NCBI RefSeq assembly: GCF_001457595.1
Contig: NZ_LN831039.1
Location: 6,120,001 to 6,152,000, forward strand
Source: Mycolicibacterium smegmatis
GTDB lineage: Bacteria; Actinomycetota; Actinomycetes; Mycobacteriales; Mycobacteriaceae
DNA length: 32,000 bases
Reading direction: 5' to 3'
The number at the start of each line of letters is the position of its first letter. Within the stretch, counting starts at the first letter, position 1. The notes under the pieces were generated by a model that searched no databases, was not told where the DNA came from, and saw only the letters and a list, made by a program, of their open reading frames with translations. Shown piece after piece: positions 1-9,105 of this stretch. A program made the translations under genes and the position numbers.

Positions 1-636
1 CAGCGTGCCGACGGCCTGCACGGCCATCGTGACCGCGACGCCCAGCAGCACCATGAACACCACCGACAGTGTGCGCACCGGGACACCCTTGGCCTCGGCG
101 ACCTGAGCGTTGACCGACGCGAACAGCAGTGGACGGTAGATGAATACGATCGCGGCGGCCAACACGAGCAGCAGCGCCGTGAACGTCAGCAGCTGCTCGT
201 GTGTGATCGCCAGCAGATTTCCGAAGAGCACGTTGGTGAGCGTCGAGGAGTTCTTGGTGGCCAGCGAGTTGAAGAACAACCCGAAGCCGGTCGCCAGTGC
301 CAGGACGGTGCCGGTCGCGACCTCACGGTCGTGCGCCTGCTTGCCGAGGGCGCCGATCACCACGGCACCCGCGACGCAGAACACACCGAGGCCGAGCACC
401 GCGGGCAGCCCGAGCAGCGCGGCGCCGGTGGCACCGGGAAGGCCGATGTGTGCCAGAGCGTGGGCCGCGAAGGCGGTGTTGCGCACGATGATGAAGTAGC
501 CGATCAGCCCGGCCGCGAGCGCCACCAGGGTGCCGCCGATCAGCGCGTTGCGCATGAACGCCGATCCGAGGATGTGCAACCAGTTGTGCTGGTAGCCGAT
601 CGCCAGATACGTCTGCGCCAGATCGCCCGGCGGCAT
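1..636 (-). CDS. znuB: ZnuB-type metal ABC transporter permease (partial, runs off the left edge)
   Basis: Open minus-strand frame with ATG at 636-634 (MPPGDLAQTYLAIGYQ...) overlapping the TGA of the upstream ATPase gene (TGATG). Position in a znuA-znuC-znuB order. Confidence 0.85.
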   Translation of the reverse strand, partial: MPPGDLAQTYLAIGYQHNWLHILGSAFMRNALIGGTLVALAAGLIGYFIIVRNTAFAAHALAHIGLPGATGAALLGLPAVLGLGVFCVAGAVVIGALGKQAHDREVATGTVLALATGFGLFFNSLATKNSSTLTNVLFGNLLAITHEQLLTFTALLLVLAAAIVFIYRPLLFASVNAQVAEAKGVPVRTLSVVFMVLLGVAVTMAVQAVGTL

Positions 637-1415
637 CACTCGCTCCTCATGTACATCTGCCCCTGCAGGGTGTTGGCGACCTGCACCTTGGTGCCGTACA
701 GATGCGTGAGCAGGTCTGCGTTGACGACGTCCATGGGCGCGTGGTGGGCGTGCCCGTCGAGCAGGTAGATGGCGCTGTCGAGCACGCTCAGCAGCGGGTT
801 GAGGTCGTGCGCGACGACGATGATGGTCACCTGGTACTCGGAGTTGACCCGCGCGAGAAGCTGCACGATCTCGTGCTGGCTGCGCAGGTCGAGCGCCGCG
901 AGCGGCTCGTCGAGGATCAGCATCCGCGGATGTGCCACCAGCGCGTTGGCCAGCGCGATGCGCTGACGCTGTCCGCCGGACAGTTGCGAGACGCGGCGGT
1001 CGGCGAACTCGGTGGCCTCGACAGCTGCGAGCGCCTGGTCGACCCTGGCCTTCTCCTCGGCCGTGACCCGGCGCATCCCCCAGCGGTGACCGGTGAGCCC
1101 GAGCGTCACGGCGTCACGCGCGCGGATCGCCTCGCCCGCGCCCGCCACGTAGTCCTGCGGCACGTACCCGATCTGGTCGTTGTGCTCGCCTGGCCTGCCG
1201 CCGAGCACGCGCACCGAACCCGACGCGACCGGCAGCAGGCCCAGGATGACCTGCAGCATGGTCGACTTGCCGGAACCGTTGGACCCGATCAGCGCGACGA
1301 TGCCGCCGGAGGGGATGGTGAACGTGCCCTCCGACCAGATCAGGCGACCGCCCCGCACGACGCTGACGTCGTCGAAGACCAGCGCGGGTTCGGTTTCGGC
1401 GTTATGACTCGACAC
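636..1415 (-). CDS. znuC: ZnuC-type zinc/manganese ABC transporter ATPase
   Basis: 259 aa. Walker A GSNGSGKS, signature LSGGQRQR, Walker B LILDEP, H-loop VVAHD. Lies between permease and substrate-binding genes. Confidence 0.93.
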   Translation of the reverse strand: MSSHNAETEPALVFDDVSVVRGGRLIWSEGTFTIPSGGIVALIGSNGSGKSTMLQVILGLLPVASGSVRVLGGRPGEHNDQIGYVPQDYVAGAGEAIRARDAVTLGLTGHRWGMRRVTAEEKARVDQALAAVEATEFADRRVSQLSGGQRQRIALANALVAHPRMLILDEPLAALDLRSQHEIVQLLARVNSEYQVTIIVVAHDLNPLLSVLDSAIYLLDGHAHHAPMDVVNADLLTHLYGTKVQVANTLQGQMYMRSE

Positions 1416-2385
1416 CGAGCGCCTTGGCCAGTGCAGTGAGTTGGTCCACCTGCCAAGCCTCGAACGAATCGGCGCCAGGCGCCACCGTTTCGGTCACTTC
1501 GACCACCGGGATGCCCGCGCTCTCGGCCGCGGTGCGCAGCTGCTGCGGCACCGAGCCCTCGGTCTGGACGTTGTAGATGAGCACGTCCACGCCGCGGTTC
1601 TCCAGCAGGGTCAAAAACGCGTCGAAATCGGCGGGCGACGGGTCGGTCTCGTTCGACGAGGCGACCTGGTAACCGGGTGGGGTGCGGTCGGTCAGGCCGA
1701 CGGCCGCCGCCATGTCGTCGAACACCGCTTCGGTTGCCGCGTATGTCTTGCCGGAGGCCTTGGCCTTGATGTCGTCGATGAGCTGGTTGTACGGCTTCAT
1801 CGATTCGGTGAACGCCGCGCGCCGCTCGGCGAAATAGTCCTTGGCCTCCGGCGCCAGATCACCGAGTTTCGCGGTCACCTCGTCGGCGACGGTGGTCACC
1901 GCGGCCGGGCTGTACCAGGCGTGCGGGTTGACGCCCTCTTCCGCGTGCGCGTGGCCGTGTTCGTCGTGCCCGTGGTCATGGGCGTCGTCTTCGTGCGCAC
2001 CGGCGTCCGCGACGGCTGCGACGACAGGAGCATTCGGGGCCGAGCTTCGTGCGAGCTTGCCGGCCCACTCGTCGTAGTGGCCGCCGTTGATCACCACCAG
2101 CTGGGCCCCCTCGAACTTCGCCGCGTCCGATGGTGAGGGCTCGAAGTCGTGTGGGTCGACCGAAGAGCCCGCCAGCACGGTCGTCACCTTCGCGCACGCC
2201 CCGCCGAGCTCTGACACGATGTCGCCCCACTGGTCGACGCTCACGACGACGTTCACCGGTGTCGTCGGGCAGTCGCCCGCCGGCTCGGCCGTCGAGGATT
2301 CGTCGGAGCCGCATGCGGCAAGCGCAAAAGGCGCGGCAAGCGCGACGGAGACGGCCAGGGTACGCACGCTGAGAGGCGAGATCAC
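1402..2385 (-). CDS. znuA: ZnuA-type zinc ABC transporter substrate-binding lipoprotein
   Basis: Lipobox-like ALAACG, His-rich loop HEDDAHDHGHDEHGHAHAEEG, NPHAWYSP motif. GTG at 2385 is preferred over the track start at 2421, because the upstream codons overlap a Zur-like palindrome. Confidence 0.9.
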   Translation of the reverse strand: MISPLSVRTLAVSVALAAPFALAACGSDESSTAEPAGDCPTTPVNVVVSVDQWGDIVSELGGACAKVTTVLAGSSVDPHDFEPSPSDAAKFEGAQLVVINGGHYDEWAGKLARSSAPNAPVVAAVADAGAHEDDAHDHGHDEHGHAHAEEGVNPHAWYSPAAVTTVADEVTAKLGDLAPEAKDYFAERRAAFTESMKPYNQLIDDIKAKASGKTYAATEAVFDDMAAAVGLTDRTPPGYQVASSNETDPSPADFDAFLTLLENRGVDVLIYNVQTEGSVPQQLRTAAESAGIPVVEVTETVAPGADSFEAWQVDQLTALAKALGVES

Positions 2386-2390
2386 GCCGA

Positions 2391-2411
2391 TAACGATAAC
2401 CGTTTGCATTA
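2391..2411. promoter_or_regulatory. Candidate secondary Zur-like box (weaker), znuA side
   Basis: Minus strand TAATGCAAACGGTTATCGTTA, 7 of 10 symmetric pairs complementary, related to the stronger boxes in this window. Confidence 0.5.
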
Positions 2412-2435
2412 CTTGACGCACATCCGCATGATCTC

Positions 2436-2458
2436 TTATTGAAAATCATTTTCGATAA
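2436..2458. promoter_or_regulatory. Zur-like operator in the divergent znuA / CobW-like intergenic region
   Basis: TTATTGAAAATCATTTTCGATAA, 23-bp palindrome with 10 of 11 pairs matching. Located just upstream of the GTPase start at 2467. Confidence 0.85.
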
Positions 2459-2466
2459 GGAGTGCG

Positions 2467-3603
2467 ATGCCCGATCTGTTGCCCGTCACCGTTCTGTCCG
2501 GCTTTCTCGGCGCAGGCAAGACGACCCTGCTCAATCACATCCTCGCCAACCGGGACGGCAAGCGGGTTGCCGTGATCGTCAACGACATGAGCGAGGTCAA
2601 CATCGACGCCGCGCTCATCGCCGGACAAGGCCACCTTGACCGAACCGAGGAGAAACTCGTCGAGCTGACCAACGGCTGTATCTGCTGCACACTGCGCGAG
2701 GATCTGGTCGAGGCGGTCGGCGCACTGGCCCGCCAGAACCGGTTCGATCAACTGGTCATCGAGTCGACCGGGATCTCCGAGCCGATGCCCGTCGCCGCGA
2801 CCTTCAGCTGGGAGTTCGATGACGGGTTCAGCCTCGGTGCGCTCGCCCGCCTGGACACGCTCGTGACCGTGGTCGATGTCTCGACGTTCTTGATCGAACT
2901 GGCACGCGGCGAGGCACTCGCAGAGCGTGAGATGACGGCCGGACCGAACGACGCGCGCAGCGTGGCCGATCTCCTGGTCGACCAGGTGGAGTTCGCCGAC
3001 GTCATCCTGCTCAACAAGACCGATCTGGTGACCGCCGAGCGTCTCGGCGCGGTCGAGGCGGTGGTGCGCCGGCTCAACCCCACCGCCCGGCTGCTGCACA
3101 CCGACCATGGCGTGGTCGCGCTCGACGAGGTGCTCGACACCGGACTGTTCGACCCGGTGGCCGCGGCAGAGGCGCCCGGCTGGGACGAGGAGATCGCCAT
3201 GGGCCATACCCCCGAAACCGAGGAGTACGGCATCGGCTCGCTGACGTTTCTGGCCGACCGGCCGTTTCACCCGCAACGGCTCGCCGATGCCCTCGAGAAG
3301 ATGACAGGATTGTTGCGCAGCAAGGGATTCTGTTGGATCGCGAGCCGGCCGTCGGTCGCCGCGATCTGGTCGCAGGCGGGTCCCAACCTGGTGATCGAGC
3401 CGGCACAGCTCTGGTCATCGACAGAACTGGACCCCGGCCAGGAGCTCGTGTTCATCGGCGTTCACATAGACCGGGATGCGATCGGCGACATGTTGTGCTC
3501 GGCCCTGCTCACCGATTCGGAATGGGCCCAAGGCGAACACGCCTGGCTGCGCTACCCCGATCCGCTGCCGGCCTGGGACCTCACCCACGTGCACGCACAC
3601 TGA
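2467..3603 (+). CDS. CobW/COG0523 G3E-family GTPase, putative zinc metallochaperone
   Basis: 378 aa. Walker [20 protein letters not shown] (CxCC motif), NKTD-type motif, Zur-like box directly upstream, C-terminal HVHAH. Confidence 0.9.
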   Translation: MPDLLPVTVLSGFLGAGKTTLLNHILANRDGKRVAVIVNDMSEVNIDAALIAGQGHLDRTEEKLVELTNGCICCTLREDLVEAVGALARQNRFDQLVIESTGISEPMPVAATFSWEFDDGFSLGALARLDTLVTVVDVSTFLIELARGEALAEREMTAGPNDARSVADLLVDQVEFADVILLNKTDLVTAERLGAVEAVVRRLNPTARLLHTDHGVVALDEVLDTGLFDPVAAAEAPGWDEEIAMGHTPETEEYGIGSLTFLADRPFHPQRLADALEKMTGLLRSKGFCWIASRPSVAAIWSQAGPNLVIEPAQLWSSTELDPGQELVFIGVHIDRDAIGDMLCSALLTDSEWAQGEHAWLRYPDPLPAWDLTHVHAH

Positions 3604-3610
3604 TACGAAT

Positions 3611-3640
3611 CCGGCGCCCGTCCGGATGGACGGGCGCCGG
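3611..3640. terminator. Strong bidirectional hairpin between convergent genes
   Basis: CCGGCGCCCGTCC-GGAT-GGACGGGCGCCGG: perfect 13-bp stem, 4-nt loop, between the stop codons at 3603 (+) and 3653 (-). Confidence 0.8.
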
Positions 3641-3652
3641 TTGTTCGCACGG

Positions 3653-4819
3653 CTACGAGTGTTCGTGCCCGACGGCACCGCTGAGTTCGTTCGGCGCGTT
3701 CTCCAGTGTGGCGGTCTTGGTCACCGCACCGGACTCGATATCCACCAGGTGCAGCTGCCTGGTCGCCGGGTCGGTGACGTAGACATCGTGGTCCCGGGTG
3801 AACACCGTCGGCCGGGGCTGTTGCCAGTCGTCGGGTTCGGTCCACGGTTCGGTCACCGCAATGGTTTTGACGGTGTCCCCGGACGCCGGATCGATGACGT
3901 AGAGCTTGCCATCGGTGCCGAGGATCAATGCCTCGGCGTGTGGACCGCGCGCCAATGAGCGGAACGAGTAGCTGACCGACGGCGGAAGCGTGACGAGCTG
4001 CAGTCGGTTACCCGCGGTGTCGATCAACGCGAACTGATTCGGCCGCTCCAGCTCGGCATCCGGATCCACCTTGAAATCACCGAGGGCGACCGCGGAGTCG
4101 TCATGGCCCTTGACGGTGCCGATCCTGCCGTAGTCGCCGGGGGCGGCGATCTTGGTGAAGACCCGGTCCGAGTACGTCAAAGCGCCGTTCTCGCAACCGA
4201 ACACCACCGTCTCGCCCTCGACCACCGTCTCCCCGTGAATTCCGGGGCATTCGGCGCTGCGGGCGATCTCGGCCTGATTCGAGTCGAAGGCGACCGCCCC
4301 GGAGCGCTCGTCCGGGTCACCTTCGGTGCGAATGAAGCTACCGTCCGACAACACCACGGCCACCCCGTGATGCGGCTTCGGCGACGAGAGCGTGGTGACC
4401 TCCGGCTTGCCGTCAGCCAGCTCGTGCGGATCGAAAATGGTGATCTCGCCCGACCCGTCGGCGAACAAGGCGGTGCGCTCGCCGTGCGGAACGACGTGAC
4501 CGGGTTCGGAAGCGGTGAACGTGGTCTCGGTCAACTCGCCCGACTTCGCGTCGAGCAGACGGAAGCCTTCGTTCGTGGTCACCAGCACGTGCGCATCATC
4601 ACCCGCTGGATTGACGCGCAGGAATCCCTCCATCGGAATGTCGGCGACCACATCCAACGTCGTGCCGTCGAGCACGTACAGGCCGCCGTCATAGGTGGCG
4701 ACCAGCGGCTCGGCGATGGGTTCTGCCGTCGACCGCTCGGCTTCACCGCTACATCCCGCAAGCGTGGATATCAGTGCCAACGCGCCGAGCGCAGCGGTCA
4801 GCGGCAGGGGTCTTGCCAT
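3653..4819 (-). CDS. aztD: AztD-like zinc metallochaperone, beta-propeller lipoprotein
   Basis: ~388 aa from MARPLPL..., RBS AGAAGGAG, lipobox LAGCS, repeat-propeller composition (GGLYVLDG, GKLYVIDP), C-terminal GHEHS. Immediately downstream of the AztC-like gene. Confidence 0.75.
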   Translation of the reverse strand: MARPLPLTAALGALALISTLAGCSGEAERSTAEPIAEPLVATYDGGLYVLDGTTLDVVADIPMEGFLRVNPAGDDAHVLVTTNEGFRLLDAKSGELTETTFTASEPGHVVPHGERTALFADGSGEITIFDPHELADGKPEVTTLSSPKPHHGVAVVLSDGSFIRTEGDPDERSGAVAFDSNQAEIARSAECPGIHGETVVEGETVVFGCENGALTYSDRVFTKIAAPGDYGRIGTVKGHDDSAVALGDFKVDPDAELERPNQFALIDTAGNRLQLVTLPPSVSYSFRSLARGPHAEALILGTDGKLYVIDPASGDTVKTIAVTEPWTEPDDWQQPRPTVFTRDHDVYVTDPATRQLHLVDIESGAVTKTATLENAPNELSGAVGHEHS

Positions 4820-4838
4820 GTGGTGAATCTCCTTCTTC

Positions 4839-5741
4839 TCAAATGAGGTTGTTCGCAATGGTTTCGGTGTTGGTGCGCATCATCCCGAGATAGCTGTCCG
4901 CCTCGGTTCCCGGTGCGCTGAGCGATTCGCTGTACAGCGAGACGACGTTGACCCGCACCCCGGACTGCTCGGCGAGCACGCGCGCGAGACGGTCGGGCTG
5001 CGACGAGTCGACGAAGATGGCCTTCACACCCGCATCCCTGATGGCGCCGGCCAACGACTCAAGGTCCGATGCGCTCGGTGAGGCCAGTGTGGTGCCGCTC
5101 GGAATCACCGCGCCGATCACCGTGAACCCGAATCGGTCTGCGAGGTAGCCGAGTACGTGGTGGTTGGTGACGAGCTTGCGGCGCTGCGCCGGAATGGCCG
5201 CGAACCGGTCCGTCATGTGAGCCGACAGGTTGTTCAGCTCATCGCGGTAGCGCGCGGCGTTTGCCGCCACCGCGGCCCGATCGATACCGGGAAGTTCGGC
5301 CACGCGGCCGGTGATCGCATCGACGGCGAGGATCATGCGTTGCGGATCGGTCCAGAAATGCGGATCGGCTGCACCGTGCTCATCCGCGGAGAACTGCAAC
5401 GGATCGACGTGGTCACCGACAGGCAATGTGCGAACACCGTTTTCGGCTGCCGCATCGACATGGCGTTGCATCGACTCCTCCAGGCCCAACCCGTTGTAGA
5501 TCACCAGGTCGGCCCGGGCCATCTCGGCCGCGTCGGCTGCCGAGAGCCCATAGGAGTGCGGATCGGCGTTGGGTTTCATCATCACCCTGACATCGGCGGT
5601 GTCACCGACCACTTCCGAGACGACATCGCCCAGGATCGTCGTGGTGACGACGATCTGCCGCCTGCCGTCGCTGCCGTCGGGCGCACCGCACGCGGCGAGC
5701 AGCAGGATCGCCAGGCACGCCGCGATGCACCGCCGCGTCAC
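4839..5741 (-). CDS. aztC: AztC-like zinc ABC transporter substrate-binding lipoprotein (short/absent His-rich loop)
   Basis: Cluster A-I binding protein features: lipobox LLAACG, PNADPHSY, DPHFWTDP, TNHHVLGYLADRFGF. GTG at 5741 overlaps the upstream stop. Confidence 0.85.
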   Translation of the reverse strand: MTRRCIAACLAILLLAACGAPDGSDGRRQIVVTTTILGDVVSEVVGDTADVRVMMKPNADPHSYGLSAADAAEMARADLVIYNGLGLEESMQRHVDAAAENGVRTLPVGDHVDPLQFSADEHGAADPHFWTDPQRMILAVDAITGRVAELPGIDRAAVAANAARYRDELNNLSAHMTDRFAAIPAQRRKLVTNHHVLGYLADRFGFTVIGAVIPSGTTLASPSASDLESLAGAIRDAGVKAIFVDSSQPDRLARVLAEQSGVRVNVVSLYSESLSAPGTEADSYLGMMRTNTETIANNLI

Positions 5742-6910
5742 CGGCCCGCCTCCACCATGAACCCTGGCGGTATGGAGGTCTCGAACGTACGCGCCACCCG
5801 TAGCCCGTCGCGGTAGTCGATCTCGTACACGGCCCGGCCGGTGATGTCGTTCACGTAAGCGCGGTCGGCATCGACCTCGATCACCGGCGCCGGCCGGCCC
5901 TCGGGCAGCCGGTCGCCGAACAGCTCGACCGCGGCCGTCTGCCGACCGTCGGCCGTGTCGAACGCACGCAGCCGGCCGTCTGCCGTGAGCGCCAGGACCG
6001 CATCGCCCGAGACGGTGTTCGCCGCGACCACCTCGGCCACGTCCACCGACTTCCACGTGCCGCGGCGTGCGTCGAGAACCCACACCGTGTCTGCCGTGAT
6101 TCCGGCCAAAGTCGAACTCCCGTAGCGATACACGAGGGGGCCGGGGTGCGGCACACCAGCGGGCAACGGAATCGGCTCCGCGGTGACCCGGCCTGCTTTC
6201 TTCACGATCCGCACGGCGCCGTCGGCGCAGCCGAACACCACCTCACGGCCGATCGTCACGGCGCCCGTCACACCAGGGCACCGGCCGAGCTCGCGCGTTT
6301 CTGCGCTGATCTCAGAGCTGACCTCGACGACCGCGCCGTCCCGGGACACCGCGACCACGCTGTCACCCATCGGCGCGGCGGCCGCCACGTCACGCAACAC
6401 GTTGAACCCGTCGGCCTCGGTGATGCTCTGGCGCGCAACGCTGTTGCGATCCAGGACCTCGACGGTGCCGTCCTCGCGCTGCACGGTCGTGAGTTCGCGA
6501 CCACCTTTGGCGTCGACCGCCCGGCCGTCGACGCGGCCCGCAACTGCGGCAGGCTCGACGTAGAAGTGGGAATGGTCGCCGTGGTCGAACGTCCAGGATC
6601 CCGCATCCACGACGGTGAGCGCGTTCTCGCCGCGCAGATAGGCGAACCGCCCATCGCCGCTGACACCTCGCGTCGGCCCGAATGCCCCGAGCGGTGACTC
6701 GGATTCCTCGCTCGCGTCGTACACCACAGTGGCACCGGTATCCGGATCGACAAGGACCAGCCGGGTCACCGGCTCCGAGCTCTCGTGCGCATCGATGCCG
6801 GTATCGTCGGCCGAAGTCGGTGCCGAAGGCGTTGGCGTGGTTGACTTCTGCTCGACACCACAGCCCGCCACGAGCAGAACGCAGCCCACCAGGGCGACAC
6901 CTGCCCTCAT
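5738..6910 (-). CDS. Second AztD-like propeller lipoprotein
   Basis: ~390 aa from MRAGVALVGCVLLVAGCG. FDHGDHSHFY metal-ligand-rich segment. Shares the CPG-(I/V)-x-G...VVFGCxxGA motif with the 3653-4819 product. Confidence 0.7.
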   Translation of the reverse strand: MRAGVALVGCVLLVAGCGVEQKSTTPTPSAPTSADDTGIDAHESSEPVTRLVLVDPDTGATVVYDASEESESPLGAFGPTRGVSGDGRFAYLRGENALTVVDAGSWTFDHGDHSHFYVEPAAVAGRVDGRAVDAKGGRELTTVQREDGTVEVLDRNSVARQSITEADGFNVLRDVAAAAPMGDSVVAVSRDGAVVEVSSEISAETRELGRCPGVTGAVTIGREVVFGCADGAVRIVKKAGRVTAEPIPLPAGVPHPGPLVYRYGSSTLAGITADTVWVLDARRGTWKSVDVAEVVAANTVSGDAVLALTADGRLRAFDTADGRQTAAVELFGDRLPEGRPAPVIEVDADRAYVNDITGRAVYEIDYRDGLRVARTFETSIPPGFMVEAGR

Positions 6911-7731
6911 GCCGCCGCCCGCCGCAACACCGCGGATGCTGCCGCCGAGCAGAAGAACAGTGCGACCGCGACGGCGGCGATGCTCGCGCCGCCTGCGGTT
7001 GCGGCATGCCAGGACAGCAGCAGGCCCAGCCACACCGACACCACCCCGACGACGGCGGCGAGCAGCATGATGCGGCCGATCGAGTGCGCCCACAGCGTGG
7101 CGGCCGCCGGGGGTGCCACCAGCAGGCCGAGTACCAGCAGCGTGCCGACCACATGGAAGGACGCGACGATCGCGACGGCGATCAGCACGGTCAGCACGAT
7201 GCCGGCCGATGCGGGGCTGAGCCCCAGCGTCGCGGCTTTCCGCACATCGAAGGTGGCCGCGATGAACGCCCGGCGTCCGACGAAGGCGATGACGGCGACG
7301 AGCACGAGCGCGCCGGTGAGCACAGCGATGTCACCGAGCCGCACGCCGAGCACGTCGCCGAAGAGGAAGGCGGTCAGATCGACCGCGTAACTGTTCGAAT
7401 GCGATACCACGATGACCCCGACCGCGAGCATGCCGACGAGGAGAAGGCCGATGCTCGTATCCGAGGAGAACCGCGCGGTTCGGCTGAGCACGGACACGCC
7501 GTAGGCCATCGCGAGCGCGGCGGTCAGCGCGCCGGCCAGCAGATTGCCGCCGAGCGCCGATGCCGCGGCCACGCCCGGCAGCATGCCGTGCGACATCGCG
7601 TCGCCGAGGAACACCGAGCCGCGTAACACCACCCAGGTCCCGACGATCGCGCACATCAACGCCACCAGCGACCCTGCGACAGCACCGCGCACGACGAGCT
7701 CCGAGCCGAACGGAGCAACCAACCAGTTCAC
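6907..7731 (-). CDS. aztB: AztB/ZnuB-type metal ABC transporter permease
   Basis: Multi-TM protein, GSVFLGDAMSHGMLPGVA motif typical of ABC-3 permeases. The track start (TTG 7767) falls inside a Zur-like box, so GTG 7731 is preferred. Stop overlaps the next gene. Confidence 0.85.
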   Translation of the reverse strand: MNWLVAPFGSELVVRGAVAGSLVALMCAIVGTWVVLRGSVFLGDAMSHGMLPGVAAASALGGNLLAGALTAALAMAYGVSVLSRTARFSSDTSIGLLLVGMLAVGVIVVSHSNSYAVDLTAFLFGDVLGVRLGDIAVLTGALVLVAVIAFVGRRAFIAATFDVRKAATLGLSPASAGIVLTVLIAVAIVASFHVVGTLLVLGLLVAPPAAATLWAHSIGRIMLLAAVVGVVSVWLGLLLSWHAATAGGASIAAVAVALFFCSAAASAVLRRAAA

Positions 7732-7748
7732 AGGTAAACTCTTATCAT

Positions 7749-7769
7749 TAATGATAATCGTTTTCAAAA
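7749..7769. promoter_or_regulatory. Zur-like operator in the divergent aztB / aztA intergenic region
   Basis: TAATGATAATCGTTTTCAAAA, 19 of 21 identical to the box at 19541-19561. Confidence 0.82.
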
Positions 7770-7776
7770 GGAGTAC

Positions 7777-8490
7777 GTGGTGAGTGCCGTCCGGCTGAAC
7801 CGAATCACCTTCGGCTACAACAGGAATCCGGTGTTCACCGATCTGACGGTCGAATTTCCCCGGGCGGCTTGCACCGCGGTGACGGGACCCAACGGTTGCG
7901 GTAAGTCGACATTGCTCAGCCTGATCGCAGGTGTGTCACGACCACACTCCGGGACGGTCGAGCTGTGCGCCCGCGACGTGGCCCTCGCCGTCCAACGCGA
8001 CGAGGTCGCCCGGACGTTCCCGATCACCGTCGCCGAGGCGGTCATGATGGGTCGTTGGCGTCGGTTGGGACTGCTGCGCCGCCCATCGCGCGCCGACCGC
8101 GACATCGTCGACTTCTGGCTCACCGAACTGGGCCTCGACGATCTCCGCACGTGCCGCATGACCGAGCTGTCCGGCGGTCAGCGGCAACGCACCCTGTTGG
8201 CGCAGGCATTCGCCCAGCAGGCCCCGATCCTGCTGCTCGACGAACCGACCGCGAGCCTCGACGCCGACAGCGCGCAGACCGTCTACCGGCAGCTTCGCCG
8301 ACTCGCGAGCTCTGGGACCACCATCGTGGCCGCCACCCACGACGGCGATGCACTCGACCAATTCGAGCACCACCTGAGCCTTACCGGCCTGAGCGGACAC
8401 GCCGCGACGCTAGGCTCGGGTCGTGCCTCGACATGCGTTCAGCCCCAGCGAACGGCAAGCCGTATACCGAGCGATCACCGAACGCCGTGA
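7777..8490 (+). CDS. aztA: AztA-type zinc ABC transporter ATPase
   Basis: 237 aa. Walker A GPNGCGKS, signature LSGGQRQR, Walker B LLLDEP. Divergent from aztB and sharing the Zur-like box. Confidence 0.87.
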   Translation: MVSAVRLNRITFGYNRNPVFTDLTVEFPRAACTAVTGPNGCGKSTLLSLIAGVSRPHSGTVELCARDVALAVQRDEVARTFPITVAEAVMMGRWRRLGLLRRPSRADRDIVDFWLTELGLDDLRTCRMTELSGGQRQRTLLAQAFAQQAPILLLDEPTASLDADSAQTVYRQLRRLASSGTTIVAATHDGDALDQFEHHLSLTGLSGHAATLGSGRASTCVQPQRTASRIPSDHRTP

Positions 8491-9082
8491 CATGCGCCAG
8501 TTCGTCCCGGGCAGCACCGTCTCCGATGAGGTCCTGAGCCGGTTGTTGCACGCCGCGCACGCCGCGCCCAGCGTGGGCCTCATGCAACCGTGGCGGTTCA
8601 TCCGCATCACCGACGACACCCTGCGCAGCCGGATCCACGCGCTCGTCGACGAAGAACGCGTCAACACCGCCGACGCACTCGGACCGCGCGCGCAGGAGTT
8701 CCTGGCGCTGAAGGTCGAGGGTATCCGGGAGTGCGCGGAACTGTTCGTCGTCGCGCTGGGCGAAGGCCGCGAACGGCACGTGTTCGGCCGCCGCACGCTG
8801 CCCAACATGGATCTCGCGTCGGTGTCGTGCGCGATCCAGAACATGTGGCTGGCGGCGCGCGCCGAAGGGCTCGGCATGGGGTGGGTGTCGATCTTCGAGC
8901 CGCAGCCGCTCGCCGAGCTGCTGGGTATGCCTGACGGCGCCGAACCCGTCGCCATCCTGTGCCTCGGCCCGGTGCCGGAATTTCCGGACCGGCCGGTCCT
9001 GGAGATCGAGCACTGGACGACAGGTCGTCCCCTGCCGGAGTTCGTATCGGAGAACGGCTGGCCCGAGCACGCGTCCGTGTAA
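8423..9082 (+). CDS. bluB: BluB, 5,6-dimethylbenzimidazole synthase (nitroreductase-fold flavoenzyme)
   Basis: 219 aa. ERRDMRQF...HAAPSVGLMQPWRFI...GMGWVSIFEP match BluB. Start overlaps the 3' end of aztA by 68 nt in another frame. Confidence 0.85.
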   Translation: MPRHAFSPSERQAVYRAITERRDMRQFVPGSTVSDEVLSRLLHAAHAAPSVGLMQPWRFIRITDDTLRSRIHALVDEERVNTADALGPRAQEFLALKVEGIRECAELFVVALGEGRERHVFGRRTLPNMDLASVSCAIQNMWLAARAEGLGMGWVSIFEPQPLAELLGMPDGAEPVAILCLGPVPEFPDRPVLEIEHWTTGRPLPEFVSENGWPEHASV

Positions 9083-9105
9083 GGCCGGACGCTTAAGCTG
9101 GATTT

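Noticed and set aside
4839-6083. Extended 5' parts of track ORFs 4839-6083 and 5738-7093
   Set aside because: The N-terminal extensions are Arg-rich shadow translations. Lipoprotein signal peptides start at 5741 and 6910 respectively.
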